This document shows, one piece after another, positions 61,847-64,000 of a DNA stretch of 64,000 nt. A model generated the notes under the pieces. The model was not told the DNA's origin. It searched no databases and was given only the letters and a program-made list of their open reading frames with translations. A program made the translations under genes and the position numbers. This DNA comes from Armatimonadota bacterium. Its GTDB lineage: Bacteria > Armatimonadota > Fimbriimonadia > Fimbriimonadales > Fimbriimonadaceae. Numbering within the stretch: position 1 is the first letter of the stretch; each line of letters opens with the position of its first letter. The stretch is taken from the NCBI GenBank assembly GCA_018268395.1, contig JAFDWQ010000001.1, forward strand, positions 221,720-285,719. The letters are read 5' to 3'.

Positions 61847-63807
61847 ACGATGTCGCTGAAGTCTTGCTGACGCTCGATCGAATCGAGGATCTTCATGACT
61901 TCTTCGTTGCCCTGCATGGCTTCGCGGATCTGACCGATGATGGCTTTGCCCTCGTCGTCGCGGCCGGTCCACATGCACGCCTGAGCGAAGTTCAGGGCCA
62001 GAGTCAGCGAGCCCGTGTTCTGGGCCAGTCCGTTGCGTAAGAAGTTATAGGCGTCTTCGTCACGGTCTTGACCGTGGAGCGACGCCGCCAGCATGGCGTA
62101 AGCCGGTTCACACCCGGGGAACATCCCGAGTAAGTGGCTGAGCGCCTCTTCGGCTTCTTTGTACTCTCCGACCTGGTTGTGGGCGTTCGCCAAGTGCATC
62201 CACAGTTCCCAGAAGTCGGACATCCAGGTCTTCAGCGGCTTCAGTTCGCGCAGGGCGCCCTGGGGATCGCCCTCTTCGAGCTTCTTCGCACCGGCTTCGA
62301 CCGCTTCGACCCGCTTCGGCTGTTCGAGCCGCAGCAGCCACGCTTGGGTCTGAGCCCTCGTGTTCGGGTCGATCTCCTTATTAAGGACGTCGCGAAGGAC
62401 GGGAGGCACTTCGAACGACCTGTTCGCGTTCTGAAGCGTCTGCGCGTATTCGAGCTTGACCTGCACATCTTCCGGCGCCACTTCGATGACGTCTTCGAAA
62501 TAGTCCATCGCCCGGTCGAGCTCGCCTTTTTGCGCAAGGATCCCGGCGTAGACGCGCTTGACCATCGTCGCGTCCTCGACCGATTCGACGGCCGTGTCCA
62601 AAACGCGCATGGCTTCGGCTTCCCGGCCCGCCTGCATCAAGGAACCCGCGTAGTTCACTTGGAACTGGGGGTTCTGGGGAAACTTGTCGACCATGTCCTT
62701 CCAGAGCGCGGGCACTTCGTGGGCGCGGCCCGTTTGGGACAACACTTGGGAGAGGAGGCCGAGGCTCGGCTTGTCGTCCCCTTCAAGGTCGACGGCCCGT
62801 CGCAGGTTGCGCTCGGCGTTCGCGGGCATCTGCATCTGGACCTGGGCGATGCCGAGCCGGGCCAAGATCGGGGCTTCGTCGTTCGCAGCGGCGGTCGCTT
62901 GCTGTTCGAGTTCGGCCGCTTCGTCCGGGTTGCCGGCCGTCCTGGCCGCTTCCGCTTCCTTCCGAAGCTTCGCCGCCCGCATCTGGAGTTTGACGATCGC
63001 CTTCTCCATGTTGTCGATCGTGCCTTGCGCGTTCCCCACCGAACCGTAAAAGTCACCCAGCGCGAACCAAGCACGGGCGTCGTCCGGCTCCTTCTCGGTC
63101 ATCTCTTTCAGCGTCGCTTCGATGAGGTGCGCGTCACCGATCCGGTGCTGGGTGCACAAGCGGCACAGGTTCAGCAGGGCGATAAAGGGAGCTTCCCAGT
63201 CCGTGTCCTTCTCCCAGGCCGACTTCAACGAACCGATGGCTTGAGCAGGGTCGAATTCGTTCGCGACCATCCCCTGCGACTTCTCGATGTACTGAAGACC
63301 GTCAAAGCCGACCATGAACTCTTCGAAGGCGGTCGGATCGTTGGTGCCGAAAAGGTCCTCGTCTTCCCGAAGGGAGTCCGGCATCGAAGCGTCCAATTGC
63401 GACACCAGGAACTCGACGAAACCACGGGCCGGACCGAACACTCCGCCTGGCAGGAACGCGAAGTCCCTTTGCGTGGCCGGATCGGTCGCCCCGTTTTGGA
63501 ACACTCGCACCGTCACCGTGCCGCCCCCTCCTTCGTTTTCGGCGACGAGCCCGTCGACGAGTTTCTCCATCTGGGCCTGCTGGAAGAATTGGGCGACCAT
63601 TTCCGGATCGTTCAGCGTTTCGCTCGGATTGACCATGGCGAAACGGGTCACTCCCTGGTCGTCCGGGAACTGAGCCAGGTAGTTGACCGCGTGGATCTCC
63701 TTTCCGGTCACGTTCCGCGCGATCTCGCAGGCAAAGTTCGAGAGTTGCCTGGCGAGGGCGGGCCGACTGTTCGGGCCGGCGTTCAAGGGAAGGACAGCGA
63801 TCTGCAT
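61843..63807 (-). CDS. TPR-repeat protein with an N-terminal TolB-N-like domain
   Basis: N-terminus MQIAVLPLNAGPNSRPALARQLSNFA resembles the IAVLPF.N... module. At least 8 TPR-like helical pairs follow (e.g. AWFALGDFYGSVGNAQGTIDNMEKAI). Confidence 0.7.
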   Translation of the reverse strand: MQIAVLPLNAGPNSRPALARQLSNFACEIARNVTGKEIHAVNYLAQFPDDQGVTRFAMVNPSETLNDPEMVAQFFQQAQMEKLVDGLVAENEGGGGTVTVRVFQNGATDPATQRDFAFLPGGVFGPARGFVEFLVSQLDASMPDSLREDEDLFGTNDPTAFEEFMVGFDGLQYIEKSQGMVANEFDPAQAIGSLKSAWEKDTDWEAPFIALLNLCRLCTQHRIGDAHLIEATLKEMTEKEPDDARAWFALGDFYGSVGNAQGTIDNMEKAIVKLQMRAAKLRKEAEAARTAGNPDEAAELEQQATAAANDEAPILARLGIAQVQMQMPANAERNLRRAVDLEGDDKPSLGLLSQVLSQTGRAHEVPALWKDMVDKFPQNPQFQVNYAGSLMQAGREAEAMRVLDTAVESVEDATMVKRVYAGILAQKGELDRAMDYFEDVIEVAPEDVQVKLEYAQTLQNANRSFEVPPVLRDVLNKEIDPNTRAQTQAWLLRLEQPKRVEAVEAGAKKLEEGDPQGALRELKPLKTWMSDFWELWMHLANAHNQVGEYKEAEEALSHLLGMFPGCEPAYAMLAASLHGQDRDEDAYNFLRNGLAQNTGSLTLALNFAQACMWTGRDDEGKAIIGQIREAMQGNEEVMKILDSIERQQDFSDIV

Positions 63808-64000
63808 GTGGCGGGGAGTGTACCGGAGGGTGGCACGGCATCCCGGTCGTAGGATCGCCCGGTACGACCCGCCCGACCGTCAAAAACGTTGTGACGCTCT
63901 TGTCACTACGGTCCGAGTTCAATGGCCCCCGAGAGGAAACAAAAGGGGAGCGGTCGGCCGACCAAGCCCTTCCGGGCAGATTTCCCGGTACCAGGAAACA

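Overview
GC-rich bacterial chromosomal segment from a diderm organism: LptD, an LptF/G-type permease, WaaA and a heptose phosphatase are all present. About 55 protein-coding genes tile the window with very short gaps. I recognised no rRNA, tRNA, CRISPR array, transposase, integrase or phage genes. Layout: (i) 1-5.8 kb holds the mutL 3' end, an orphan sdhC, and a translationally coupled plsY / Zn-ribbon membrane protein / lptF-G / lptD operon. (ii) About 6-21.9 kb is a Wzx/Wzy-type surface-polysaccharide locus: GDP-mannose and heptose precursor genes, a Wzc-like co-polymerase/P-loop protein, a secreted beta-helix protein, GT2, two GT4, an acetyltransferase, an AsnB-type amidotransferase, a Wzy-like protein, Wzx, and a divergent DPPR-synthase-like UbiA prenyltransferase. 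(iii) Housekeeping genes: mfd, pth, uppP, wecB, a wecA-like gene, dCMP deaminase, hom, a transsulfuration PLP enzyme, ligA, nnr, purC, waaA. (iv) Accessory-looking genes, which are the best leads. First, a SigB/F-type sigma factor fused to a degenerate GGDEF domain that keeps an I-site-like RxxD motif, next to an orphan pilC. Second, a nnr-coupled FHA / FHA / VWA operon with no kinase or phosphatase, whose VWA protein starts with DPN[KR]T repeats. Third, a secreted lysyl-oxidase-like / PPC / dockerin protein beside two head-to-head secreted cyclophilins. Fourth, a 1019-aa protein with seven tandem ~50-aa repeats. Fifth, an isolated, translationally coupled nuoB-nuoI pair. The many long ORFs antisense to these genes in the six-frame track look like high-GC artefacts. 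All calls rest on reading the translated ORFs and DNA by eye; no database search or computation was run.
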